Assembly: GCF_000020025.1 (NCBI RefSeq) | Contig: NC_010628.1 | Span: 120,001-152,000 of the forward strand | From: Nostoc punctiforme PCC 73102 | GTDB lineage: Bacteria; Cyanobacteriota; Cyanobacteriia; Cyanobacteriales; Nostocaceae | Length of the DNA stretch: 32,000 nucleotides | Direction: 5' to 3' | Shown: positions 1 through 9,296 of the stretch, piece after piece | How the letters are laid out: every line of letters starts with the position of its first letter | Position numbering within the stretch: position 1 is the stretch's first letter | Position numbers and translations under genes: made by a program | The notes under the pieces: generated by a model | The model's input: only the letters and a program-made list of their open reading frames with translations | Databases searched by the model: none | What the model was told of the DNA's origin: nothing

Positions 1-433
1 ACAGCTAGCTGTGCTACCCTACCGTGTTTTACATTTAAACAAAACCGCCATAATCAATTAATGTTTTTAACAGACCATTTTCATAAAAAGCGCTCCCGAT
101 CAAAAGTGGCTGACCCTATAAAATAACTCCTCGGTTTACCATGTGGTACTTTCACAATCATGAGCAGCTTTTGATTGAGCGCGATAGATTAGTAATACCT
201 CATGACTTGCAACAATCATTTACAAGTCTTACAAGGAAAAGTAACATCCTCTGAGAATAACCAGCCGCCATCGGATTGGTTTATATCTATGTCTATGCTT
301 GTAGGAAAATAGCTGATTTACAGCAACAAGTACGTATTCTTGCTGTAGTAGCCAAGCTGCTAGCATTTTGGATAGTTACTTGCGGCAGAAGTTGCTTCAA
401 GTAAAGCCTTTGCTATTTGACGAATTTGCTGGT

Positions 434-1198
434 ATGGATACCAATAACAAAAGTTCCTCTAGCTTAAAACAGGAGAATCGGGGCTTGGTAATCGATCGCC
501 TAAAACAGGACTTAAAAAACGACCTGATTGCTGGTTTGTTGGTAGTAATTCCCCTCGCAACCACTATCTGGCTGACAATTACCATTGCTAATTGGGTAAT
601 CAATTTCCTCACGCAAATTCCCAAACAACTGAATCCTTTTGATGGGTTAAATCCAATTGTAGTAAATTTACTGAATTTATTAGTAGGATTAGCTGTGCCA
701 CTACTATGTATCTTATTGATGGGCCTGATGGCTCGCAATATTGCAGGGCGGTGGTTATTAGATTTTGGTGAGCGATTATTACAAGCAATTCCCTTAGCTG
801 GGCAGGTATACAAAACCCTCAAACAGCTTTTAGAAACAATACTAAAAGATTCTAATGGCAAATTTCGCCGGGTAATTTTGGTAGAGTATCCCCGCCGAGG
901 AATTTGGGCGATCGCCTTTGTCACTGGTGCAATCAGCAGTGATATCCAAGCCCAGATGTCCCGCCCCGTCCTAAGTGTTTTTATCCCCACCACCCCAAAT
1001 CCAACTACCGGATGGTACGCAGTAGTTCCTGAAGACGAGGTGGTGAACCTCTCCATGTCCATTGAAGACGCTTTTAAGATAGTTGTATCAGGTGGCATTG
1101 TCGCCCCTAACACGCCCTTGGTTTTCCCCAAAGAGTCTAATCTGGAAGTAAAACACGACGAAGCCAATCGGCAGGTTATTTCCGTTGAAGAAACTTAA
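434..1198 (+). CDS. DUF502-family integral membrane protein
   Basis: The ORF is open from TTG 368, and the first ATG is at 434 (MDTNNK...). Two predicted TM helices (LIAGLLVVIPLATTIWLTITIANWVI and LLVGLAVPLLCILLMGLMA) are followed by VEYPRRGIWAIAFVTG and PTTPNPTTGW, which are typical of DUF502. The antisense ORF 397..1167 is a shadow of this gene. Confidence 0.75.
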   Translation: MDTNNKSSSSLKQENRGLVIDRLKQDLKNDLIAGLLVVIPLATTIWLTITIANWVINFLTQIPKQLNPFDGLNPIVVNLLNLLVGLAVPLLCILLMGLMARNIAGRWLLDFGERLLQAIPLAGQVYKTLKQLLETILKDSNGKFRRVILVEYPRRGIWAIAFVTGAISSDIQAQMSRPVLSVFIPTTPNPTTGWYAVVPEDEVVNLSMSIEDAFKIVVSGGIVAPNTPLVFPKESNLEVKHDEANRQVISVEET

Positions 1199-1320
1199 AA
1201 TCAATCCGGCAAAGTCACAAGCAAATGCGTAATGTTGTTGTTTGACTGTGCCAAAATTGATAGACTTGTAAGTTTGTCCCGCCTAGTTAATCAGTTCTCG
1301 CACAATCACCCCTGACTTTT

Positions 1321-1962
1321 ATGCAACCTCGTAAACCCCAGCAAATTGCTCGTGAATTGGCGCTTTTAAGCCTTAGCCAATTGCCAGTCAACCCAAAAAA
1401 ATTAGATACACTACTAGACGATCAGCTAGTATCCAAATTGGTGCTAGGAGCAGTACGCACCCTGACCTCAGAAGTGCAAGATACCCTCAATAATGCCGCA
1501 GGTGAACTGCAACGCAGTAACGATCGCCTTTTAAGTAGCCAAACTCGTGCTTCCGACCTCAATTCTGCCAGAACAATGCTTCAAGAAGCGATCGCCTGCA
1601 CCCAGACAGCAATCAATCAATTGGGTACGGCAGTTGATTTCCCCGAATTGATTCAACTAGCTAATCAGGACAAGGGAGTCCGTAATTACGCTAAAGAGCT
1701 TGTGATTACCGTCAACGAAAATCGACACATTATAGATGAACTCCTTTCTACTGCCTTAGTGGATTGGCAAGTAACTCGTCTGGCCCAACTTGACCGCGAT
1801 ATCCTGCAAATCGCTGTGGCAGAAATGAAATTCTTAGGAGTTCCAGATAGTATCGCCATCAACGAAGCTGTGGAGCTAGCCAAGCGCTACAGTGGAGACG
1901 ACGGTCATCGATTTATTAATGGTGTTTTGCGCCGAGTCACTGAGCAGAAAAAAACAGCATAG
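1321..1962 (+). CDS. nusB: Transcription antitermination factor NusB (cyanobacterial long form)
   Basis: N-terminal [12 protein letters not shown] and the C-terminal block [14 protein letters not shown]...[11 protein letters not shown]...[10 protein letters not shown] are canonical NusB motifs. Confidence 0.9.
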   Translation: MQPRKPQQIARELALLSLSQLPVNPKKLDTLLDDQLVSKLVLGAVRTLTSEVQDTLNNAAGELQRSNDRLLSSQTRASDLNSARTMLQEAIACTQTAINQLGTAVDFPELIQLANQDKGVRNYAKELVITVNENRHIIDELLSTALVDWQVTRLAQLDRDILQIAVAEMKFLGVPDSIAINEAVELAKRYSGDDGHRFINGVLRRVTEQKKTA

Positions 1963-1994
1963 TAACAGTGCCTAATTCATATACTGCTATGGAG

Positions 1995-2100
1995 AAAAGT
2001 CTGTAGCCGCTTCTGCGGCTTCCTCCGAGCGAAACTTTTACCTTGGCGCTAGCTCTCCTTTGGAAGAAAGGGAGACGCTGCGCGAACCGAAGGAAACTAA
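1995..2100. repeat. Cluster of small hairpin repeats downstream of nusB
   Basis: AGCCGC-ttct-GCGGCT (2005-2020) and an imperfect TCTCCTTT/AAAGGGAGA pair (2054-2075). The 70-aa minus-strand ORF 1937..2149 runs through these repeats and is probably spurious. Confidence 0.6.
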
Positions 2101-2179
2101 TTCTCTTCCAACTAGGCATGAAAGGTGAGGATAACCGGGAAGTTTTCACCTCAAGAAAAAGTGCAAAGTTAAATTAAAC

Positions 2180-2216
2180 TCATAACTTATAACTTATAAC
2201 TCATATAACTAATACT
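2180..2216. repeat. STRR heptamer array (ATAACTT family) just upstream of ftsY
   Basis: ATAACTT ATAACTT ATAACTC ATATAAC TAATACT, ending 6 nt before the ftsY ATG. Confidence 0.8.
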
Positions 2217-2222
2217 GCTGCA

Positions 2223-3866
2223 ATGGTTTTTAATTGGTTCCGCCGTCAATATAACGATTCCTCTGAGACTCCCTCTGATAAAAAACAGGAAGAAACTACT
2301 CCTGCACAAGAACCCCAACCAGAGCCAGCCGAAACCTCAACTGCTGAAACTGCACCAGACACAACGGCAGACTTGTTGGCGTTTGCTAAAGCTGCTTACA
2401 AAAATATTCAGCAAAAACAACAAACAGAGGTAGTAGAAACCCCACCTGATTCAGAAAATGCCTCAGCAGAACCTGAAACTGTAGAAACGGCAATTGCGGA
2501 AATCACTGAATCAGAACTAATTGATGAACCTGTTAGTACAACCCTAGAAACAGCACAGCCAGAAATTATCCAAACTGCTACTGAGGAAGAAAATACAGAA
2601 GATTCCTCAGTAATTGCAATTGCTGAAGAGCCAGATGTCGAAAGCTCAGAAATAACCACAAACGAAATTGAACAAACCCGCACGCCAGAAGCAACGCAGC
2701 CAACAGCACCAGCTAATTTATCCTTCTTAGAACGGGCGGCGGCAGAACGGCAAGCAAAACTAGATCAACTAATAGCCACTGCCATTGAAGTTCCAGAACC
2801 GGAGGTAGTACAGCCAGTAGCTGCAACCTCAGAGATCGGAGAGGAAATTCCCGGACTGGTATTTGATGATGGGTTTGTCTGGTCAGCGAAAGTTTTAGCA
2901 GCTCAAGGTAGAAATCCAGAAGACGTTTCTATTGAAGAAATAACATGGCTGAAAAAGCTCCGGCAAGGGTTAGACAAAACTCGCCGGAGTATTCTCAACC
3001 AACTGAAGGCGATCGTTGGTCAAGGGCCGCTTAACCAAGCTGCTGTGACGGAAATTGAAGCATTACTGCTGCAAGCTGATGTGGGTGTAGAGGCGACAGA
3101 CTTTATTATTAATGCTCTACAAACAAAACTTCGAGAAGAAGTTACTGCACCAGAAGAAGCGATCGCTTATCTGAAAAAAATTCTCCGGGATATGCTGGAT
3201 GCACCAAGCATTGCATCCCACAAAACTAGCTTTACCCCAGAAAAAGAAACTTTGAACATTTGGTTAATCACCGGGGTAAATGGTGCTGGGAAAACTACTA
3301 CCATCGGCAAAATTGCCCACCTGGGGCAAAAATCTGGCTATAAATGCTTGATTGGGGCAGCAGACACCTTCCGCGCCGCCGCTGTGGAACAGGTGAAAGT
3401 TTGGGGTAGTAGAAGTGGTGTAGAAGTAATTGCCAATCCTGGAAAAAATACAGATCCGGCAGCAGTTGTATTTGATGCGATCGCAGCTGCCCAATCACGG
3501 CAAACAGAATTACTTCTGGTAGACACTGCTGGGCGACTACAAAACAAGAAAAACTTAATGGACGAACTCGGTAAAATCCGGCGAATTATCGACAAAAAAG
3601 CTCCAAATGCCAAAGTAGAATCGCTATTGGTTCTAGATGCAACTTTAGGTCAAAATGGACTACGACAAGCTGAAGTTTTCTCCCAAGCTGCCCAACTGAG
3701 TGGCGTTGTCTTAACCAAACTAGATGGCACTGCTAAAGGCGGCGTTGCCCTTGCCGTTGTGCAACAGCTAGGTTTACCGATTCGCTTTATTGGTGCTGGT
3801 GAAGGAATTGAAGACCTACGTCCCTTTTCGAGCTATGAGTTTGTCGAAGCTCTCTTGAGTAGCTAA
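2223..3866 (+). CDS. ftsY: Signal recognition particle receptor FtsY
   Basis: Starts MVFNWFRR. An acidic low-complexity A domain is followed by an NG domain with GVNGAGKTTTIGKIA (G1), DTAGRLQNK (G3), TKLDGTAKGG (G4) and FIGAGEGIEDL. Confidence 0.95.
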   Translation: MVFNWFRRQYNDSSETPSDKKQEETTPAQEPQPEPAETSTAETAPDTTADLLAFAKAAYKNIQQKQQTEVVETPPDSENASAEPETVETAIAEITESELIDEPVSTTLETAQPEIIQTATEEENTEDSSVIAIAEEPDVESSEITTNEIEQTRTPEATQPTAPANLSFLERAAAERQAKLDQLIATAIEVPEPEVVQPVAATSEIGEEIPGLVFDDGFVWSAKVLAAQGRNPEDVSIEEITWLKKLRQGLDKTRRSILNQLKAIVGQGPLNQAAVTEIEALLLQADVGVEATDFIINALQTKLREEVTAPEEAIAYLKKILRDMLDAPSIASHKTSFTPEKETLNIWLITGVNGAGKTTTIGKIAHLGQKSGYKCLIGAADTFRAAAVEQVKVWGSRSGVEVIANPGKNTDPAAVVFDAIAAAQSRQTELLLVDTAGRLQNKKNLMDELGKIRRIIDKKAPNAKVESLLVLDATLGQNGLRQAEVFSQAAQLSGVVLTKLDGTAKGGVALAVVQQLGLPIRFIGAGEGIEDLRPFSSYEFVEALLSS

Positions 3867-4140
3867 TTGAAAAATTGGGAGTTAAAAATTTTTCTTGACA
3901 AACTGATAAATTTAGGGATAACTGAATCTGGTATTATCACTTGAACTAACTAGAAACAGTTAAAATCCTAAAATCATAAATTTGTCACAATAACTGGGTG
4001 ACTTTTGCTAAAATTTCAAGCTAATGACCTTTTTCACCCCTTTAAGGGCTTTTTAAGTGGAGTAGCAAGACATTTAGTTACTACACACAAAAGCCCGTAA
4101 ACTTACATTTTGTAGAAACTTAAAGGGTAGACAAGATACT

Positions 4141-4500
4141 CACCCCCACAAATCTAACTATTGTGGTGTGGGATGGACAGCAGTCTGAGGGGTAAGAAGT
4201 ACATTAAAGAGCCAACGCGGGTGAGTCAAGCACTGCGGTATTTTCCCTCCGTAGTTAACTCATATTGGCTATGGCAACTTGTACTGCTGTCGGAGAAGCA
4301 AGCTATGCGTAGCATGAAGCGACTGCATTAGCAAGTCGAGAGAACTGCACGCTGCCCCTAACTTACTTAAAAGTGGAATTACGAGCGTCAGCTATTTGCT
4401 CAATACTTGCCAAAAGGACAGCTTCCGACCATCAGAAATTCGGAAAATCGTCCACTGTGGACTCAAAAAGCGAATTAGTGTAAGTAAGCTGTTTCAACAC
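4141..4500. other. GC-rich, ORF-free island inside an AT-rich spacer; candidate structured ncRNA or decayed gene remnant
   Basis: Hand-counted GC is about 42-50 percent per 60 nt here, against 27-35 percent in the flanks (3901-4020 and 4501-4620). All six frames are interrupted, and the longest start-initiated ORFs are below 60 aa. Complementary segments include 4176-4184 GACAGCAGT with 4283-4291 ACTGCTGTC, 4146-4151 with 4161-4166, and 4423-4428 TTCCGA with 4440-4445 TCGGAA. The strand is unknown. Confidence 0.3.
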
Positions 4501-4948
4501 TCCCAGGTGTATTTTCAGCCCCTACTTGCGAAAGAATCTACAAATATTTTTGTAGTAAATCGAGAGATTTGAATTCTGATGATTAAACGACAACATTGTT
4601 TCAGGCTTTTGACTTAAAGTTATTGGAGGAGATTTTTTCTAGATTTAGTGTCATCCTTGGCGATTATCACGGTAATTATGGTATACAGATTAAGTATTTA
4701 AAGACTTAATTTACATATTCTCAGCTTTGGGAATGAATGTAAGTCTGTTTTTACAAAACTAAGCTCAATTTGAGCCCTTATAGAGGTTTTCAGTCAAAAG
4801 ACTTCTAATTTCCTAGTTGCCTATACCCAAACAATTACTCTGAAAGGGTTATAAATTATTCTTTGAATAAAGTATTTTTCTGACTTTAGAGATATGCTTT
4901 GGGAATTAAGTTATGAAAAAAGGAAAAGCTTTCTGAACTATCACCAAA

Positions 4949-5075
4949 ACTATAGCGTTTCTCGTTTTGATGCAATACACTTTGACCTTTCTCCTAAAAG
5001 GCTAAGGTGTACATACATCTCTCTACAAGGCTCGGTATTAGGTCTATATTCAATATAATTTAGAACCGCTATAGT
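4949..5075. repeat. 127-bp element bounded by a 14-bp inverted repeat (MITE-like)
   Basis: ACTATAGCGTTTCT (4949-4962) matches the reverse complement of AGAACCGCTATAGT (5062-5075) at 13 of 14 positions. The interior shares the 12-mer TCTCCTAAAAGG with the MITE at 20900-21033. No clear target-site duplication is visible. Confidence 0.4.
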
Positions 5076-5295
5076 AATTTTTACGGGTTGGATTTTGACT
5101 AAAAATACATGATTTTAAATGACTAAGATTCCATCAAAAATACAATAAGCAAATAAAATACTGATAAAAGTTGCCTGTTACGTCTTTATACTCTTGCTAA
5201 ACTGACAAGTCTTGTCTAAATATGGTTTAGCAATGCGAAAGCCAAAAAGCTTACAAGTAATCTAAAATCTGCCAATATAAAGTGCAATAGAACCT

Positions 5296-6687
5296 GTGCC
5301 TGTGTCTCAACTGCCCTCTCAACCCACTGACAACAATAGTAGTGCCGCGACGGATGTCACCCCAGTCGTGGCACTCAAAGAACTCGTGGCAAGGTTGCAC
5401 CGGGAACAGAACAAAATTCAAGATTTGCTCAGTTCTTTAGGATTTGCCCTGAGAAGTTTCAATAATTTGAATCAGTTTTTGGAACTGATTCCGCTAATGG
5501 CAACAAGAGTGACAGATGCAGACGGCAGCGCCCTGTTTCTCTACAAACCTAATGGTCAAGTCAGGTTAGAACAGTTACATTGGCAAGATAGTGGACAGCG
5601 CAAGAATATCCGCAAAGCGCTAGAAATAGCCAGCAGTCAAATCACGCTTTTGCCCAATGCTGCCCCTCTAGCGAATGCGACGGGGATTTTGGATGACCAG
5701 ATGCATCGCTATTTGGGGCCAGATGTGCAAATCTTTGGTACGGCAATTCTGGTAAAGCATACAGAAAGGGGATGGCTTTATGTATTGAGCCGCGATCCAG
5801 AATATAGTTGGACAGAAACTAGGCAAAAGTTAGTTAGGTTAGTGGCAGACCAAACAGCAGTAGCGATCGAAAACGATGAACTAGCTGTAGAACTAAGAAA
5901 AAAAGAACGCTTAGACCAAGAACTAGAAATTGGTGCAGAAATTCAACGGCGACTTCTACCACGTCAATGTCCCACAATACCTGGTGCAGTCCTAGCTGCC
6001 CGTTGTAAGCCTGCAAATCGTGTCGGCGGTGACTACTACGACTTTATTGCTACCAATCAGAATAAAATTCGGTCTAAGACTAAAGGCGACACCGAGACTG
6101 GTCGCTGGGGTTTGGTTATTGGGGATGTCATGGGCAAAGGTGTCCCTGCTGGGCTGATTATGACGATGATGCGAGGAATGCTAAGAGGAGAAGTGCTACA
6201 TGGGAATTCCCCAGCAAAAATTCTGCAAAACTTAAATAGAGTTATGTATGCGGATTTGGAAAATTCTCACCGTTTTGTAACACTATTTTATTCAGAATAT
6301 AATCCTCACAGTCGAATTCTGTCTTATAGCAATGCGGCACACAATCCTCCCTTATGGTGGCACGCAGCCACGAAAACTGTCAGCCGTTTAGATACTCTAG
6401 GAATGCTAATCGGTTTGGATGCTAACAGCCAATATGAAGATGCTCAGGTACAGTTAGAGCCTGGGGATACCATTATTTACTATACAGATGGCTTGACCGA
6501 TGCGGCGGCGGCTGGTGGCGATCGCTTCGATGAAGATAACTTTGTCGCTGGATTCAATACGGCTTGCAAGTACTGTAACGGACCAGAGGAAATTGTGGAT
6601 TATTTATTTGACCAAGTTCAGCAATTCATTGGTGATGATAAGCAAAACACTGATGATATGACACTAGTTGTTCTGCAAATTTTATAG
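5296..6687 (+). CDS. GAF-domain PP2C/SpoIIE-family protein serine/threonine phosphatase
   Basis: GTG start. The N-terminal half is GAF-like (ADGSALFLY...LVADQTAVAIEN). The C-terminal half carries PPM motifs: EIGAEIQRRLLP, VGGDYYDF, VIGDVMGKGVPAGL, YSNAAHNPP, YTDGLTDA and DDMTLVVLQI. Confidence 0.85.
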   Translation: MPVSQLPSQPTDNNSSAATDVTPVVALKELVARLHREQNKIQDLLSSLGFALRSFNNLNQFLELIPLMATRVTDADGSALFLYKPNGQVRLEQLHWQDSGQRKNIRKALEIASSQITLLPNAAPLANATGILDDQMHRYLGPDVQIFGTAILVKHTERGWLYVLSRDPEYSWTETRQKLVRLVADQTAVAIENDELAVELRKKERLDQELEIGAEIQRRLLPRQCPTIPGAVLAARCKPANRVGGDYYDFIATNQNKIRSKTKGDTETGRWGLVIGDVMGKGVPAGLIMTMMRGMLRGEVLHGNSPAKILQNLNRVMYADLENSHRFVTLFYSEYNPHSRILSYSNAAHNPPLWWHAATKTVSRLDTLGMLIGLDANSQYEDAQVQLEPGDTIIYYTDGLTDAAAAGGDRFDEDNFVAGFNTACKYCNGPEEIVDYLFDQVQQFIGDDKQNTDDMTLVVLQIL

Positions 6688-7091
6688 TCATTAACCATTT
6701 TTCCTGGTCAAATCATGAATAAATACCTAATTTTATGGCAACTGGTTATGGCAACTGGATATTTACCACGCCAAATTTAATTTTTAATTTATTTTTATTT
6801 AAATTTCCGTAGCGATCGCTCAAATAATCGCAAATTAACCTTTTTTCAGGACTTGCTTGTATTTAGTCATTAGGATAATACATAAAAAATGATCCTTAGA
6901 ATACATTTCTGTTTAAGCAAAAACTATATATTTTACACATCTAGCACAGTAGGAAACGTCAAGGGGGAGAACAGGTAAAAAGTAAAATGTACAAGGCAAA
7001 AAGTAAATTTACTTCTTCATTTTTGCTTTTTTGTTATCCTTGTTACGCAAGCATTTAGCCTGTTCCCTCTTGGCGTTTTAATTTTTCTTTT

Positions 7092-7135
7092 CTCCGCCGT
7101 AGCAAGTTCACAACAGTTACGACGGAGTTTTGCTT
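7092..7135 (+). terminator. Rho-independent terminator-like hairpin on the plus strand
   Basis: CTCCGCCGTA (7092-7101) pairs with TACGACGGAG (7118-7127) with one mismatch, and TTTTGCTTTCTTTG follows directly. On the minus strand the hairpin would be followed by an A-run, so it fits plus-strand termination only. Confidence 0.5.
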
Positions 7136-7264
7136 TCTTTGTTTCTTAAATTTTAAACTTGGCAGTTTTCAACTTACTTAGTCTTTAAGTTAACAACCTT
7201 CATTTAATCATTTGTCAAGACATTCCTGAAAAGATTTTAGTTGAAAAATTCAGAATTAAAATAG

Positions 7265-8548
7265 CTATTCTTGCGCTCCAGCTTTTTGCAGACTCCGCAC
7301 TACATTTTTATAACCATTAAATTCTGCAATCATCAAAGCAGTATAACCACCACGGTTTTTTAAATTCACATCTGCCCCAGCTTGGAGTAATAACTGCACA
7401 ATTTCGCCATAACCTGCTGAGGCAGCCCACATCAATGATGTTGCTCTCGCTGAGTCTTGAAAATTCACATCTGCCCCCTTTGCCAGCAGCAAATGTATGA
7501 TCTCTGTGTGCTTGCGTTCGGTTGCTTTAATTAAAGCAGTTTTGCCATCATTTCCTAGAGTGTTGGCATCAGCACCATAGTCTAATAACACTTTCACTGT
7601 TTGGGTGTGTCCTTGTGATACAGCCAACGTCAAAGGTACTTCACCAAGATTTTTCTCATTAATATCTCCCCCAGAACACAGTAGGGCCTCGACAATTTTG
7701 CTATGTCCCTGCAATGCTGCTACAAGCAGTGGCGTATCACCCAGACGGTTCCTAATTTGGACATCTCCACCCCTGTTAAGTAATACTTGCACGATATCAA
7801 TGTAGCCTTCCACAACGGCAAGATGTAGGGCAGTTTCACCATCTTGGTCTTGGAGATTAATTTCAGCACCTCGATCCAGTAAAGCTGCTGCGATCGCACT
7901 ATGTCCCCCTGCTGCTGCTGCCAATAATGCAGTTCCACCATCAGCGTTTTTTACATTCACATTAGCCCCCGCCGCTAGCAGTGCTTCCACAACCTCCAGA
8001 TGCCCCAAGTCTGCGGCTAATGTTAAAAGTGTCTCACCCTCTTGATCTGGGATATTGACATCAACACCAGTTTGGAGAATTGTTTGTAAAATTTCTATGT
8101 TTCCCTGCTTAATGGCAAGTTTCAAGGCAGTATCATCATCTTTATCGGCAATATTCACCTCCGCACCAGCAGCCAATAAGACTCGCACTACATTGATGTG
8201 ACCTTTGAGGACTGCGGCCATTAAAGCTGTGCTGCCATCTTCATTAGTGGCATTGACATCAGCACCTTTGGATACTAAAAGTTTCAAAATGTCAAGTTGT
8301 TTGGCACTAGCTGCTAACATCAAAGCCGTCAAACCATAGAGTTTTCTGGGCAAGTTGATATTTGCCCCGGCATCTAGGAGCGATCGCACAATTTCGGTGT
8401 AGCCTAAATTGGCAGCAAACATTAACGCCGTAGTACCTTGGCGATCGCACGCATCTACCCTCGCGCCAACAGCCAGTAGCGCACACAGCCCCTTAATATC
8501 ACCACTTTTAGCAGCTTTTAGCAGCAAAGTATCGTTGTTTTCAGTCAT
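7265..8548 (-). CDS. Ankyrin-repeat protein (about 13 tandem ANK repeats)
   Basis: A 33-aa periodicity carries the G-TALM-AA--GH---V--LL--GA-VN consensus throughout. The ATG at complement 8548 gives MTENNDTLLLKAAKSGD. The ORF track extends to a TTG at 8590. No signal peptide is evident. Confidence 0.85.
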   Translation of the reverse strand: MTENNDTLLLKAAKSGDIKGLCALLAVGARVDACDRQGTTALMFAANLGYTEIVRSLLDAGANINLPRKLYGLTALMLAASAKQLDILKLLVSKGADVNATNEDGSTALMAAVLKGHINVVRVLLAAGAEVNIADKDDDTALKLAIKQGNIEILQTILQTGVDVNIPDQEGETLLTLAADLGHLEVVEALLAAGANVNVKNADGGTALLAAAAGGHSAIAAALLDRGAEINLQDQDGETALHLAVVEGYIDIVQVLLNRGGDVQIRNRLGDTPLLVAALQGHSKIVEALLCSGGDINEKNLGEVPLTLAVSQGHTQTVKVLLDYGADANTLGNDGKTALIKATERKHTEIIHLLLAKGADVNFQDSARATSLMWAASAGYGEIVQLLLQAGADVNLKNRGGYTALMIAEFNGYKNVVRSLQKAGAQE

Positions 8549-8633
8549 GAATGAGATCCCACACAGGGGGTTTTGTTCGTCTACCCTCAAAACTCAGTCT
8601 GAGATTGTTTATGCACTTTGGCAAGAGGGTTAT

Positions 8634-8668
8634 GCAATTAAAAATTGAAAATTAAAAATTAAAAATTA
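8634..8668. repeat. STRR heptamer array (AAAATTA, about 5 units)
   Basis: GCAATTA AAAATTG AAAATTA AAAATTA AAAATTA lies in the divergent spacer between the ankyrin gene and the DUF4079 gene. Confidence 0.8.
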
Positions 8669-8823
8669 AGAAACGCAGTCTTGGCAAGCATTCTAAGGTA
8701 AGGGATGCTTAACTCTTGTCTTCTCTCCTCATCCCTTAGACTCTTTTAATTTGTGCAGCTTGAAGCACAGAGAATAGAGTTATGCTAATTTTTATGAAGA
8801 TTTAATAATTAGGCGAGAACACT

Positions 8824-9294
8824 ATGAGTTTGGAACTTTCTGCGTCGGTGAAATATTGGCTGAATTTCTTCCATCCGGTGCTGATGTGGGCGCTATTAGT
8901 ACTCTCAATTTATGCTGCCTACTTGGGGCTGCAATTACAGCGTACCAGAAATGCTCAGGGGGAAGAAAAGAAAGAACTGATTAAAGGTAGATACAACGTT
9001 AGACACTACCAAATCGGGTCTATACTCTTAGGTTTGATGGTAGCAAGTGCAATTGGAGGGATGGGTGTCACTTACATCAATAATGGCAAGTTATTTGTCG
9101 GCCCTCACCTGCTGGCAGGACTGGGTATGACGGGTCTGATTGCATTTTCTGCTGCTTTGTCCCCTTATATGCAGAAAGGGGCAAACTGGGCACGCGCAAC
9201 CCATATTTTGCTAAATTTCACGCTTTTGGGACTTTTTGCTTGGCAGGCTGTTACTGGCGTGCAAATTGTCCAAAGAATTCTTACTAAAGCTTAG
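8824..9294 (+). CDS. DUF4079-family membrane protein
   Basis: Four predicted TM helices. The pattern MWALLVLSIYAAYLGLQ...GSILLGLMV...GPHLLAGLGMTGL...HILLNFTLLGLFAWQ matches my recollection of cyanobacterial/plastid DUF4079 proteins. Confidence 0.7.
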   Translation: MSLELSASVKYWLNFFHPVLMWALLVLSIYAAYLGLQLQRTRNAQGEEKKELIKGRYNVRHYQIGSILLGLMVASAIGGMGVTYINNGKLFVGPHLLAGLGMTGLIAFSAALSPYMQKGANWARATHILLNFTLLGLFAWQAVTGVQIVQRILTKA

Positions 9295-9296
9295 TC

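Noticed and set aside
397-1167. A 256-aa minus-strand ORF antisense to the DUF502 gene. Similar antisense ORFs occur inside ftsY (2408-3613), pepA (21565-22803), plsX, fabH, fabD, the SDR gene and mutS2 (30408-31779).
   Set aside because: Each lies wholly inside a well-supported gene on the other strand, has low-complexity or unrecognisable sequence, and has no motifs. These are shadow ORFs.
1937-2149. Small ORFs in spacers: 1937-2149(-), 8409-8648(+), 10026-10235(+), 10925-11113(-), 14610-14795(+), 22888-23118(-), 23021-23206(+), 24314-24517(-) and 29167-29439(-).
   Set aside because: All run through STRR or hairpin repeats, or overlap the ends of real genes. They have repeat-derived low-complexity translations and no RBS.
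3895-3923. A perfect TTGACA -35 hexamer just after ftsY, as the promoter of a small RNA ending at the weak hairpin/T-tract near 4036-4055.
   Set aside because: No acceptable -10 hexamer lies at 16-18 bp spacing (ATAACT, GATAAC, TAACTG), and the putative terminator stem is only 4 bp. This is too weak to call.
4173-4331. A 52-aa ATG ORF in the GC island and a 54-aa ORF at 4894-5058.
   Set aside because: Neither has a Shine-Dalgarno sequence or a recognisable motif, and the second overlaps an inverted-repeat element. They are kept only as alternatives within the spacer finding.
4576-4582. CTGATGA, the hammerhead-ribozyme core heptamer, in the large spacer.
   Set aside because: No properly placed stem II followed by GAAA, and no stem I/III, could be drawn. 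It is most likely a chance occurrence.
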